10,283 nucleotides of DNA from Candidatus Muiribacteriota bacterium (GTDB lineage Bacteria; Muiribacteriota; Muiribacteriia; Muiribacteriales; Muiribacteriaceae). The stretch covers positions 1 through 10,283 of the forward strand of contig JBNJGP010000014.1 in assembly GCA_051747805.1 (NCBI GenBank), written 5' to 3'. Each line of letters begins with the position of its first letter. The stretch's first letter is position 1. The translations under genes were made by a program, and so were the position numbers. Of this stretch, positions 1 through 7,314 are shown piece after piece. Under the pieces are notes generated by a model. The model made no database searches, was not told the DNA's origin, and worked only from the letters and a program-made list of their open reading frames with translations.

Positions 1-3
1 ATT

Positions 4-116
4 ATTACTTGGTCGAAGACCATTTACTGTTATCGATAGATAACTTTACTATCACCTTTAGGTGATTTTACTAAGCTGAAAGCTTTTTACTTTTATGTAA
101 GCCTGACCACAAAAGT
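4..116. repeat. Array of variable-sequence hairpins separated by a constant (T/A)TTACT linker; candidate structured ncRNA or ssDNA element, probably truncated by the window's left edge
   Basis: ATTACT(4-9) TGGTC-GAA-GACCA(10-22) TTTACT(23-28) GTTATC-GATA-GATAAC(29-44) TTTACT(45-50) ATCACC-TTTA-GGTGAT(51-66) TTTACT(67-72) AAGCT-GAA-AGCTT(73-85) TTTACT(86-91), then an imperfect stem ACTTTTATG(89-97)/CACAAAAGT(108-116). All four stems are perfect Watson-Crick. The structure is read directly from the sequence; function is unknown. Confidence 0.85.
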
Positions 117-178
117 CTTTTAAAAAAATTTGCTAAACTCAAATAAAAATTAAAAATAATTTGCTATATGGAGGTATA

Positions 179-457
179 ATGTTTGATTTTTCTATTATGT
201 TTTCAACGTTTTTTCTTGTTTTTCTGGCGGAACTTGGGGATAAAACTCAGCTTGCTGTTTTATCTGTAAGTGGCTCTAAACCTGAAAGCTGGTTTTCTGT
301 TTTTATTGGATCGGCGGTTGCCCTTATTTTAACGAGTTTTATTGCTGTTTTTGCTGGTAAATATATTGGAAACTATGTTCCTGCTATTTATGTAAATAAA
401 GCTGCTGGTATTTTTTTCATTTTAATGGGTTTTTATTTGATGTTAAAAAAAGCGTAA
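179..457 (+). CDS. TMEM165/GDT1 (UPF0016) family putative Mn2+/Ca2+ transporter, single-repeat half-size form (~92 aa)
   Basis: Family signature E-x-G-D-[KR]-[TS] is present as AELGDKTQ, with three hydrophobic segments. Start moved from TTG 161 to ATG 179 because GGAGGT lies at 170-175; the same short SD spacing occurs for pmbA. Confidence 0.92.
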   Translation: MFDFSIMFSTFFLVFLAELGDKTQLAVLSVSGSKPESWFSVFIGSAVALILTSFIAVFAGKYIGNYVPAIYVNKAAGIFFILMGFYLMLKKA

Positions 458-495
458 CAGGATTTTTTTGTAAATTAAAAATTGTAATTATATGG

Positions 496-511
496 TGTCA
501 GATTTTTGACA
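496..511. promoter_or_regulatory. Palindromic TF site TGTCA-N6-TGACA, candidate upstream activating sequence for a sigma54 enhancer-binding protein
   Basis: TGTCA(496-500) GATTTT TGACA(507-511), about 105-120 bp upstream of the -24/-12-like element, a typical enhancer distance. Confidence 0.5.
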
Positions 512-614
512 TTTATTCAACATTGAAATGCTACTGTCAATAATCGTCCTTAATACTTATTAACAATTAAAGTCTAGCCTATTGGAAGGTTTTATTGCAA
601 GCTTAAATAATTTT

Positions 615-630
615 TGGCATGAATCTTGTA
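615..630 (+). promoter_or_regulatory. Candidate sigma54 (-24/-12) promoter for the EF-hand gene
   Basis: TGGCATG-AATC-TTGTA versus consensus TGGCACG-N4-TTGCW. The GG-N10-G spacing is correct, but -12 reads GT instead of GC. Located 35 bp before ATG 666. Confidence 0.55.
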
Positions 631-665
631 TGATTATAATAAGAAAAAATTTTAAGGAGGTTTTT

Positions 666-1526
666 ATGAAAAAATTTTTAGCTGGTTTTTTTATTTTTAT
701 ACTGGGGTTTTATTTCACTTTGTATTCTTCACCCGGAGTTTCTGGGCAGAATCGTGTTTCTCAACTTCCTCAATCTGTTATTTCTGAATTTGACAAATCA
801 GGTGATGGTGAACTTTCTAAAGAGGAGTTAAAAGATTTAAGAAATCATTTCAATAATTTAAGGCAAAAACAGAGAGAGGAAATTATTTCAGAGTTAAAAG
901 AAGATGAGGATTTTGATTTTGACAGAAAAAATATTTTTAATGTGCTTAGACAAATTAATCAAAGTAAGATAAATGATTTTAAAAACAAATATAATCTAAA
1001 AGACGAAGATTTGAAATTCAAATCTGATAAACTTGATGAAATTCCATTTGAGGATTTAGAACCTGTTCTTTCAATTTTTTTCAACAGAGCTGTTCTTTCA
1101 AAAACTAATAATCAAAAGTCTAATAATTTTAAGAATAACAGGAATAGAAAAGATGGGTTTATGAAATCAAGAATGGAAGGTTTTTCAAAAAATAGAAATA
1201 AGCAATGTGACGAGGATTGTGACGATTGTGACGATGAAGATAAAGTTTTAAAGCGAAAAAACACTTCTAATAATTCCGGCAGGCGTTTAAATGACGGGAT
1301 TTTTGCTAATCCTGTTGTTAGAGAGTATATATTAATGAGGTTTGATAAGGATGACAAAGGTTATCTGAATATACAGGAAAGAAAAGATATGGTTAAGGAG
1401 TTTCAGAAAGTTAGAAATAGATATAATTTAACTTCTGATGGTAAAATTTCTCAAAAAGAACTTCAGAAATTCAGAAATCATATTATTGAGATGGCCCAAA
1501 CATATATTAAAACCAGAGGTAAATAA
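666..1526 (+). CDS. Secreted/periplasmic EF-hand calcium-binding protein (~286 aa)
   Basis: SD AAGGAGG (654-660) 5 nt before ATG 666, in frame with the track ORF. Signal-peptide-like N-terminus MKKFLAGFFIFILGFYFTLYS. EF-hand loops DKSGDGELSKEE, DKDDKGYLNIQE and degenerate NLTSDGKISQKE. Central CDEDCDDCDDED motif. Confidence 0.8.
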   Translation: MKKFLAGFFIFILGFYFTLYSSPGVSGQNRVSQLPQSVISEFDKSGDGELSKEELKDLRNHFNNLRQKQREEIISELKEDEDFDFDRKNIFNVLRQINQSKINDFKNKYNLKDEDLKFKSDKLDEIPFEDLEPVLSIFFNRAVLSKTNNQKSNNFKNNRNRKDGFMKSRMEGFSKNRNKQCDEDCDDCDDEDKVLKRKNTSNNSGRRLNDGIFANPVVREYILMRFDKDDKGYLNIQERKDMVKEFQKVRNRYNLTSDGKISQKELQKFRNHIIEMAQTYIKTRGK

Positions 1527-1535
1527 AAAATTCTA

Positions 1536-1557
1536 GGGCACTCTGTTCAGGGTGCCC
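1536..1557. terminator. GC-rich hairpin between convergent genes, probable (bidirectional) intrinsic terminator
   Basis: GGGCACTCT-GTTC-AGGGTGCCC with one U-G wobble on +. An A-run at 1525-1530 gives a U-tract on -. The hairpin overlaps the radical SAM stop codon. Confidence 0.65.
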
Positions 1558-4327
1558 ATTTAAATATACTCTTTATTTTAGAAAAAACATTTTTGTTTTT
1601 TTTATCTAAAAACAATTTTGTTTTTTTTCTTTCTTCTTCGGTAAAAAAGGGGTTTTTATGCGTAATTTTTTCAAAGTAACGGCGTGCATAATTAAATTTA
1701 TTTTTTTTCATATAATATGAATAAATCATAAAAAAAAAATTATCGTCATTATTTTTATAAGCGGTTGAAATTAAAAATTTAATCTGTTTTGAATTAATTT
1801 TATCCATATCAGAATTTAAAATAAAATTTCTAATATTATTAAACAGGGAGGGATATTTTTCTAAAATCTTTATTACTGTATAAAATTTTTCTTTTTTTAT
1901 TAAATCAAATATTTTATCAACAAAAACTTTTTTAGAAATATCCTCACATATTTTAAGGGTTTCTGTATCAAAATTATTTATTTCTGCATTTAAAATCAAG
2001 TAATTTAATTTAGGTTTAAAAAACGCGATGATTTCTTCTTTGTTTTTATATTTTTTTAAAATTTTGTATATTTTTTTATAAATTTTTATACTGGAATTAT
2101 GGATTAAAATCTTTTCAGTAAAATAATCAATAAGGTTTGTTTTTTTATGTTTTAAAAGTGCCGGAAAAATATTGTTGATAAAGTGATTTAATTTTTTCAT
2201 ATGATTTTCTTTTATTTTTAAAATATATTTTTCTCCGGTGTTTTTCATGACGATATCTTTGTTTTTAAAATTAAAATTTTCATCCAGCAATAAATCAAAT
2301 ATTTTCTGAATATCAAAATGTTTTAAATATTTTTCAATATTTTTATAATTTATCAGGACAGGGTTGTTTTTATATAGTTTAAAAATTTCTTTTTCTTTTT
2401 TTTGTAAAAATAATTTTTCAATTCTTTTCATCAGAATTTTTTCAAATACATCTTCATTGTTTTTTAAGTCTGAAACTTTTATTTCTTTAAATTTACAGTT
2501 TATAAATGCATTAAATATTACATTTTCTGATTTTTCAATTATTTTATGAGAATAGAGTTTTTCTAATTTTATAAGTTGAATAAGTTTAAAAATAAAAATT
2601 TTAATAAAAATTTTATTTTGGCTTTTTAAAATCAATTCATTTAATTTATAAATATCTGGATTACAGCTTTTCAGATATTTAAAAAGTATAAATATATCCA
2701 TATTTTCTTTTATTAAGTTTAATAAACTGTTGGAATAGATTCTATAAAAGGTGGCGCTGTTAATAATTTTTAATAAAGGATAAATGTTGTTTGCCCCTTT
2801 AGCTAAATTACAGGCCTGCTCAAGTTTGTTTTCTTTTACTTTCTGCTCAACTTCATAAAAAAGTTCCATTGTTTCAACTCCCGGCATTAGAGGGGAGTAG
2901 AAGCTATCTGTTTGAAACAATCTATAACAGTCATAAAGCTCATTGAACACAAATTTATTTTCGCATAACAAACATTCAAATGGAATACTTGATAAATCAT
3001 TATTATGAAGTTTTTTTTGAAACTGATTAAAATCTTTAATTTCAATATTAATTTTTTCACAACCTGAATAAATAGAATTATTTTTAAACTTCAAATTTGT
3101 AAGCCAGGCAGCGCAGAAGTGTTCGCTTTTTTTCTTTTTTAATGAATTTTTTCCCATATAAAGTATATTATCACTTTTTAATTCTGAATTAGAAAAGAGC
3201 GAATAGTAATTATTTTTATTTAAAAATTTTATAAGCTTTTTTTTATCCTCAGAAGTTTTATATCCTACATTGTAAAATTCAAAAGGAATCCCCTTATTTA
3301 AGCGTTTTTCATACATTTTAAAAACTTTTACTGTGGGGGCAAGTTCTTCTGCTTTTTTCATATTCAAGGCAGAATAGTTTAAACAATAATCACAAATTTC
3401 AGGATCATGAAAAAAACCCAGATAATGATTGGTTTTATATTTATTATGAACAATTTTTTTTAAACTTTCTTTTTCTGGATAAGCATATTTATAATGTGAG
3501 TCATGAAAACATACTCCCTGTTTTTTTTCAGATATAAGCGGACTGTTGAAAAGCATAAAGCATACACGTCTTTTAAAATAGTTTTCACCACTCTCAACAT
3601 TTCTGTTTATTTTTATTTTAAATTTTTTTTGAAGATTTTTTATTGTGCTTAGGTAAAAAGAGGTATCTGATTTTTTTCCTGTTATCAACCTTTTAAGTGT
3701 TATGAGATAATATTTATTTTTAATCGCGGCCATATCTTCGCATAGATAATAATCCACACCATTTTCTTTATAAACGTTCTGCCAGTATTTAATGAAACTT
3801 TCAAGCTCATTCTGATTTATAGGCATTACAACAATTTGTGTAAAAACAATTATATTTTTATATATTTTATTATGAATAACTGCTTTATAAATGAAATTAC
3901 GTGCATTATTATAAACTGAATCTCTTAAGTCTCTGCCCACAATTTTTTTATAAGTTTCTCTTTTAAAAGCATTTATTGATAGAATCATTGTGAATGCAAC
4001 AGGATATTTTTTTAATTTATTTAAAATAAAATCCACTTTTTCATGATCAAGCAGGGTTACATTTGTTGCAAGTAAAACAGATTTTATAGAAGAGGAGTAA
4101 TAAACTGTCGAAACAATATAGGTAAAAATTTCTTTCCACTGAGGATTTAAAAAAAATTCCCCATTATTAAAAAGAGAAACCCATTCATAATTTGAGTTTT
4201 TGTTCACCTTCTTTTTTACCCCCTCAAGAGTCATGAAAGAAGGTTTTTTCTTTAAATCATCGCTGTAGTATTTATTTTTTCTGCAGAAACTGCATTCTAT
4301 GTTACAAACAGTTGATGTTTCAAGCAA
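1547..4327 (-). CDS. Large radical SAM protein with two SPASM/twitch-like Cys clusters and a long Lys/Asn/Ile-rich helical C-terminal region
   Basis: N-terminal ETSTVCNIECSFC (CxxxCxxC), FNNGEFFLNP (GGE-like motif) and LATN. Cys clusters C-x16-C...CDYC and C-x17-C...CLLC. Start is uncertain (TTG 4327 or ATC 4342). Confidence 0.82.
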   Translation of the reverse strand: MLETSTVCNIECSFCRKNKYYSDDLKKKPSFMTLEGVKKKVNKNSNYEWVSLFNNGEFFLNPQWKEIFTYIVSTVYYSSSIKSVLLATNVTLLDHEKVDFILNKLKKYPVAFTMILSINAFKRETYKKIVGRDLRDSVYNNARNFIYKAVIHNKIYKNIIVFTQIVVMPINQNELESFIKYWQNVYKENGVDYYLCEDMAAIKNKYYLITLKRLITGKKSDTSFYLSTIKNLQKKFKIKINRNVESGENYFKRRVCFMLFNSPLISEKKQGVCFHDSHYKYAYPEKESLKKIVHNKYKTNHYLGFFHDPEICDYCLNYSALNMKKAEELAPTVKVFKMYEKRLNKGIPFEFYNVGYKTSEDKKKLIKFLNKNNYYSLFSNSELKSDNILYMGKNSLKKKKSEHFCAAWLTNLKFKNNSIYSGCEKINIEIKDFNQFQKKLHNNDLSSIPFECLLCENKFVFNELYDCYRLFQTDSFYSPLMPGVETMELFYEVEQKVKENKLEQACNLAKGANNIYPLLKIINSATFYRIYSNSLLNLIKENMDIFILFKYLKSCNPDIYKLNELILKSQNKIFIKIFIFKLIQLIKLEKLYSHKIIEKSENVIFNAFINCKFKEIKVSDLKNNEDVFEKILMKRIEKLFLQKKEKEIFKLYKNNPVLINYKNIEKYLKHFDIQKIFDLLLDENFNFKNKDIVMKNTGEKYILKIKENHMKKLNHFINNIFPALLKHKKTNLIDYFTEKILIHNSSIKIYKKIYKILKKYKNKEEIIAFFKPKLNYLILNAEINNFDTETLKICEDISKKVFVDKIFDLIKKEKFYTVIKILEKYPSLFNNIRNFILNSDMDKINSKQIKFLISTAYKNNDDNFFFMIYSYYMKKNKFNYARRYFEKITHKNPFFTEEERKKTKLFLDKKNKNVFSKIKSIFKWAP

Positions 4328-4363
4328 TAAATACTTTCTGATATCAATTACCTCAGTTTAAAT

Positions 4364-4413
4364 AAAGGCTATCTAAAAATATTATTTAATTTCAACTTTC
4401 GAAGATAGCCTTT
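4364..4413 (-). terminator. Inverted repeat downstream of tldD, possible terminator or mRNA-stabilising stem
   Basis: Perfect 11-bp arms AAAGGCTATCT (4364-4374) and AGATAGCCTTT (4403-4413) with a 28-nt AT-rich loop. On - the stem ends in CC-TTTATTT. Confidence 0.55.
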
Positions 4414-4441
4414 TAAGTTTTTAATTAAGTTCTGGCATTTT

Positions 4442-5881
4442 TTAATTAATACCAACTTCTACATTTTTAAATCTAGCAGGTGCACAACCATGACTCATCT
4501 CTGCACGCTGGCCTGGCTGACCCTTACCACAATTTGGAACTCCCCATAACACCCAGTAATCTTCATTACAGATTTTATCCATTGAATTCCAGAATTCAGG
4601 TGTATTGCTCTGATATGTCGGATTCTTGATCATATGTGAAATTTTACCATTTTTCACAACCCATCCAATTTCCATGCCAAACTGAAAATTATATCTATAC
4701 TGATCAATACTCCAGGATTTAATTGTTGAAACAATTAAACCATCTTCTGTATCTTCTATTATTTCTTCAAGTGTGCTGTTACCTGGTGCTAAAGATAAAT
4801 TAGGCATTCTTACAATAGGTATATTTGACCAGCCCTGTGCCCGGTTGCATCCTCTAGAAAAATTTTCTTCAGTTTTATGAGCAAACTCACGATTGTCAAG
4901 ATAGGCCTGAAAAACACCATCTTTAATAACATGGAAACGTGAGGCTCTAACACCATCATCATCGTATCCATATGTTCCAAGTCCACCGGGAAAAGTTGGA
5001 TCAGCTACAACATTCATAATATCTGAGCCATATTTGTAATTCCCCTTTTTCTCAAGCGTGCAGAAAGAACGTCCGGCATAATTTGCCTCATATCCCAGCA
5101 CCCTGTCAAGTTCAATAGGATGCCCAATTGATTCATGAATTTGAAGTGCAAGCTGTTCCCCGACAATAATTAAATCTTTTCTGCCGGAAGGACATTGTGG
5201 TGCAGTTAAAAGCTCTATTGCCTCATTTCTTGTTTTTTCTGCGTTTTCAAGCATCTGAAGTCCCATTAAAACTTCATATCCACCCTGCATATACTGGCCG
5301 AAAGAAGCTGGATAGGTTCTTCTCTGAGTTTCTTTTCCATTAGAGGAAGTTGCCCTTATACCGCCTCCACTGCGGATAATTTCCTGCTCAATAAAACTTC
5401 CCTCAGTTGAGGCAAACCATTGATGCTCTTTTGAAAACCACATATATGATTCTGCCTTAACTACTTTTTTATCTTCTCTTAATATTTCATCACATGCAAA
5501 CAAGTACGATATTTTTTCTTCCATTGGAACTTCGTATGGGTCTATAATATATGGAGTGTTCCATCTATCCTGATATGCTTTTTCTTCTGTTAACTTAACT
5601 TTCTGAGTAATTTTTTTTGAGGATGCTTTACCAATTTCAACCGCCTGTTTAGCTGTCTGAATTATTTTTTCTTCACATAATTCCGAGCATGAGGCAAATC
5701 CCCATGCGCCATCAACAATTACTCTTATTCCATAACCTAAAGAATCAGAATTCAAAATATCTGAAAGTTCTCCATTTGTTACAGTTAATTTTTCATCTCT
5801 TTCATCTATTATCCTTATATCTGCATAAGAAGCGCCTTCTTTTTTACAAATATCTATTGCTAAGTCAGTAAATTTTTTCAT
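4442..5881 (-). CDS. tldD: TldD metalloprotease (catalytic subunit of the TldD/TldE complex)
   Basis: GYGIRVIVDGAWGFA N-terminal motif, IHESIGHPIELDR (HExxxH zinc motif), GTYGYDDDG, PIVRMPN and C-terminal CGKGQPGQ with the third ligand Cys. SD AGGAGG overlaps the pmbA TAG and lies 5 nt before ATG 5881. Confidence 0.95.
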   Translation of the reverse strand: MKKFTDLAIDICKKEGASYADIRIIDERDEKLTVTNGELSDILNSDSLGYGIRVIVDGAWGFASCSELCEEKIIQTAKQAVEIGKASSKKITQKVKLTEEKAYQDRWNTPYIIDPYEVPMEEKISYLFACDEILREDKKVVKAESYMWFSKEHQWFASTEGSFIEQEIIRSGGGIRATSSNGKETQRRTYPASFGQYMQGGYEVLMGLQMLENAEKTRNEAIELLTAPQCPSGRKDLIIVGEQLALQIHESIGHPIELDRVLGYEANYAGRSFCTLEKKGNYKYGSDIMNVVADPTFPGGLGTYGYDDDGVRASRFHVIKDGVFQAYLDNREFAHKTEENFSRGCNRAQGWSNIPIVRMPNLSLAPGNSTLEEIIEDTEDGLIVSTIKSWSIDQYRYNFQFGMEIGWVVKNGKISHMIKNPTYQSNTPEFWNSMDKICNEDYWVLWGVPNCGKGQPGQRAEMSHGCAPARFKNVEVGIN

Positions 5882-5890
5882 CAAACCCTC

Positions 5891-7249
5891 CTACATTCCT
5901 GTACTTGTAAATTTAAAGTTATTAATTTTCAAACCTGGTAGAATAAATCCACCACCAAAAAAGCCACTTTGAAAAACCTGCTCTGAAGACACCTGTTCAA
6001 CATTATTTAATGCTCTGACAATACTTTCAGTGAATCTAAGATTATTAACAGGATAGGCTATTTCACCATTTTTAATCATATAAACACCATCTCTTGTCAT
6101 TCCTGTAATAGTTAAATTATTCGAGTTTATAACGTTGGTATAATGAAAATGAGTTATAAGTAAACAGTTATCACTTTCTTTAATAATTTCATTAAGATTT
6201 TTTTCGCCTGGCATAAGCTGCAAATTAAGGCATTCAGGTCCATGTGAATTAGGATAGGGAAGAGCGTGTCCGGTTGAGGTTTTACCAGTTTTTTCTGCCC
6301 ACTTATAATCAAGAGGAAGCTCATTAAAAACGCCATTTTCTACTGGAGTTAATACCTGACGTTTATTGCCCTCAAAATCAAAAGGTAATCCAGGATTAAT
6401 ATCATTGTAAGGATTGTCTTTTATGGTAATTTTATCACTTAAAACTTTTGTATTAAGTTGATTTTTAAATGGATTTTCACCCTCGTAATATGATTCTGTA
6501 GAAAAACCCATAAACGATAAAAATAATAAAAAATCGGCGCATGCACCCGGCTCTAAAATAACAGTGTATTCGCCTGGCTCAATATCCTGCGGCTCTTTGG
6601 ATAAAAGAGCTTTTTTAACTGCTGTTTCTCCAATTTTTTCAAAATCAATATTATCAACGTTCCACGAGGAAGCCTCTGCCCATCCAGAACATCCTTTATC
6701 ATCCATTACTGTAAGTGAAATTTCAACAAATGAATTATCAGAATATGCAAAAAGGCCATCAGAATCGGCTATTGCAAGAGAATTAAATCCATTTTTTACA
6801 ATTCCAGAGGAAATTAAGTTCTCTTTTTCTGCCATTTCTATAACTTTTATTACTTTCTCTGCCCGCTCATCTGGTTTCATATATGCAGTTTTTTCATCAA
6901 AGGATTGAGTTGTTTCTTCATATTTTTCATTTTTTGCAAATTCCGGAAAATTTTTATCAGGTTTTTGATAGTTAAGTATTTCTAAAGCTTTTGCAAACAT
7001 TTTATCGAGTTTTTCCTCATCTAATGAATCTACCTGCAGTTTAGTTGACTTTTTATCTAAAGAAAGGGTTATATCTGCAGAAAAATCGCTTTGTCCAACA
7101 TTCTGCGTTATTTCATTTTCTCCAAACCTTGTTAGGGCACTATGGGTATCTGTTAAGGTAACAAAAACAAATGGAGCATATTTTTTTGCTTTTTCAATAA
7201 GCCATTGCGCTTTTGTTTTGAGTTTTTCCTTTTGTTCAGTTATTGACAT
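5891..7249 (-). CDS. pmbA: TldE/PmbA family protein (non-catalytic partner of TldD)
   Basis: TRFGENEITQN, IEPGEYTVILEP, PFDFEG, STGHA, TGMTRDG and PVNNLRF motifs. Lacks HExxxH. Immediately upstream of tldD. SD GGAGGT precedes the ATG. Confidence 0.92.
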   Translation of the reverse strand: MSITEQKEKLKTKAQWLIEKAKKYAPFVFVTLTDTHSALTRFGENEITQNVGQSDFSADITLSLDKKSTKLQVDSLDEEKLDKMFAKALEILNYQKPDKNFPEFAKNEKYEETTQSFDEKTAYMKPDERAEKVIKVIEMAEKENLISSGIVKNGFNSLAIADSDGLFAYSDNSFVEISLTVMDDKGCSGWAEASSWNVDNIDFEKIGETAVKKALLSKEPQDIEPGEYTVILEPGACADFLLFLSFMGFSTESYYEGENPFKNQLNTKVLSDKITIKDNPYNDINPGLPFDFEGNKRQVLTPVENGVFNELPLDYKWAEKTGKTSTGHALPYPNSHGPECLNLQLMPGEKNLNEIIKESDNCLLITHFHYTNVINSNNLTITGMTRDGVYMIKNGEIAYPVNNLRFTESIVRALNNVEQVSSEQVFQSGFFGGGFILPGLKINNFKFTSTGM

Positions 7250-7314
7250 TGAACCTCCCTGAAATAAAAATAATTACTTTGAGCTTTTAGAAAAAAATAT
7301 TCGAAGTTGTGAAC

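Noticed and set aside
4..91. CRISPR array
   Set aside because: The constant part is only 6 nt and the variable parts are 13-16-nt self-complementary hairpins. No cas genes in the window.
1..120. yybP-ykoY (Mn2+) riboswitch expected upstream of a UPF0016 gene; GAAGACCATTT loosely resembles its 3' end
   Set aside because: No GGGGAGUAG 5' strand or L3 motif in the window, and the GACC is already paired in a local hairpin. Cannot be fully excluded without upstream sequence and cmscan.
127..166. Direct repeat AATTTGCTA (127-135, 158-166) as an operator
   Set aside because: Only two AT-rich 9-mers in very AT-rich DNA, with no recognisable consensus.
582..665. N-terminal extension of the EF-hand ORF from TTG 582
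   Set aside because: The strong SD and signal peptide point to ATG 666, and the extension overlaps the predicted promoter.
1112..1357. 81-aa minus-strand ORF
   Set aside because: Antisense shadow of the EF-hand gene with no motif.
2364..2549. 61-aa plus-strand ORF
   Set aside because: Antisense to the radical SAM gene; its Phe-rich composition mirrors the Lys codons on the other strand.
5689..5871. 60-aa plus-strand ORF as a RiPP precursor
   Set aside because: Antisense within conserved tldD, with no SD or leader/core features.
6154..6908. ORFs 6154-6336 (-) and 6564-6908 (+)
   Set aside because: Out-of-frame or antisense overlaps inside pmbA.
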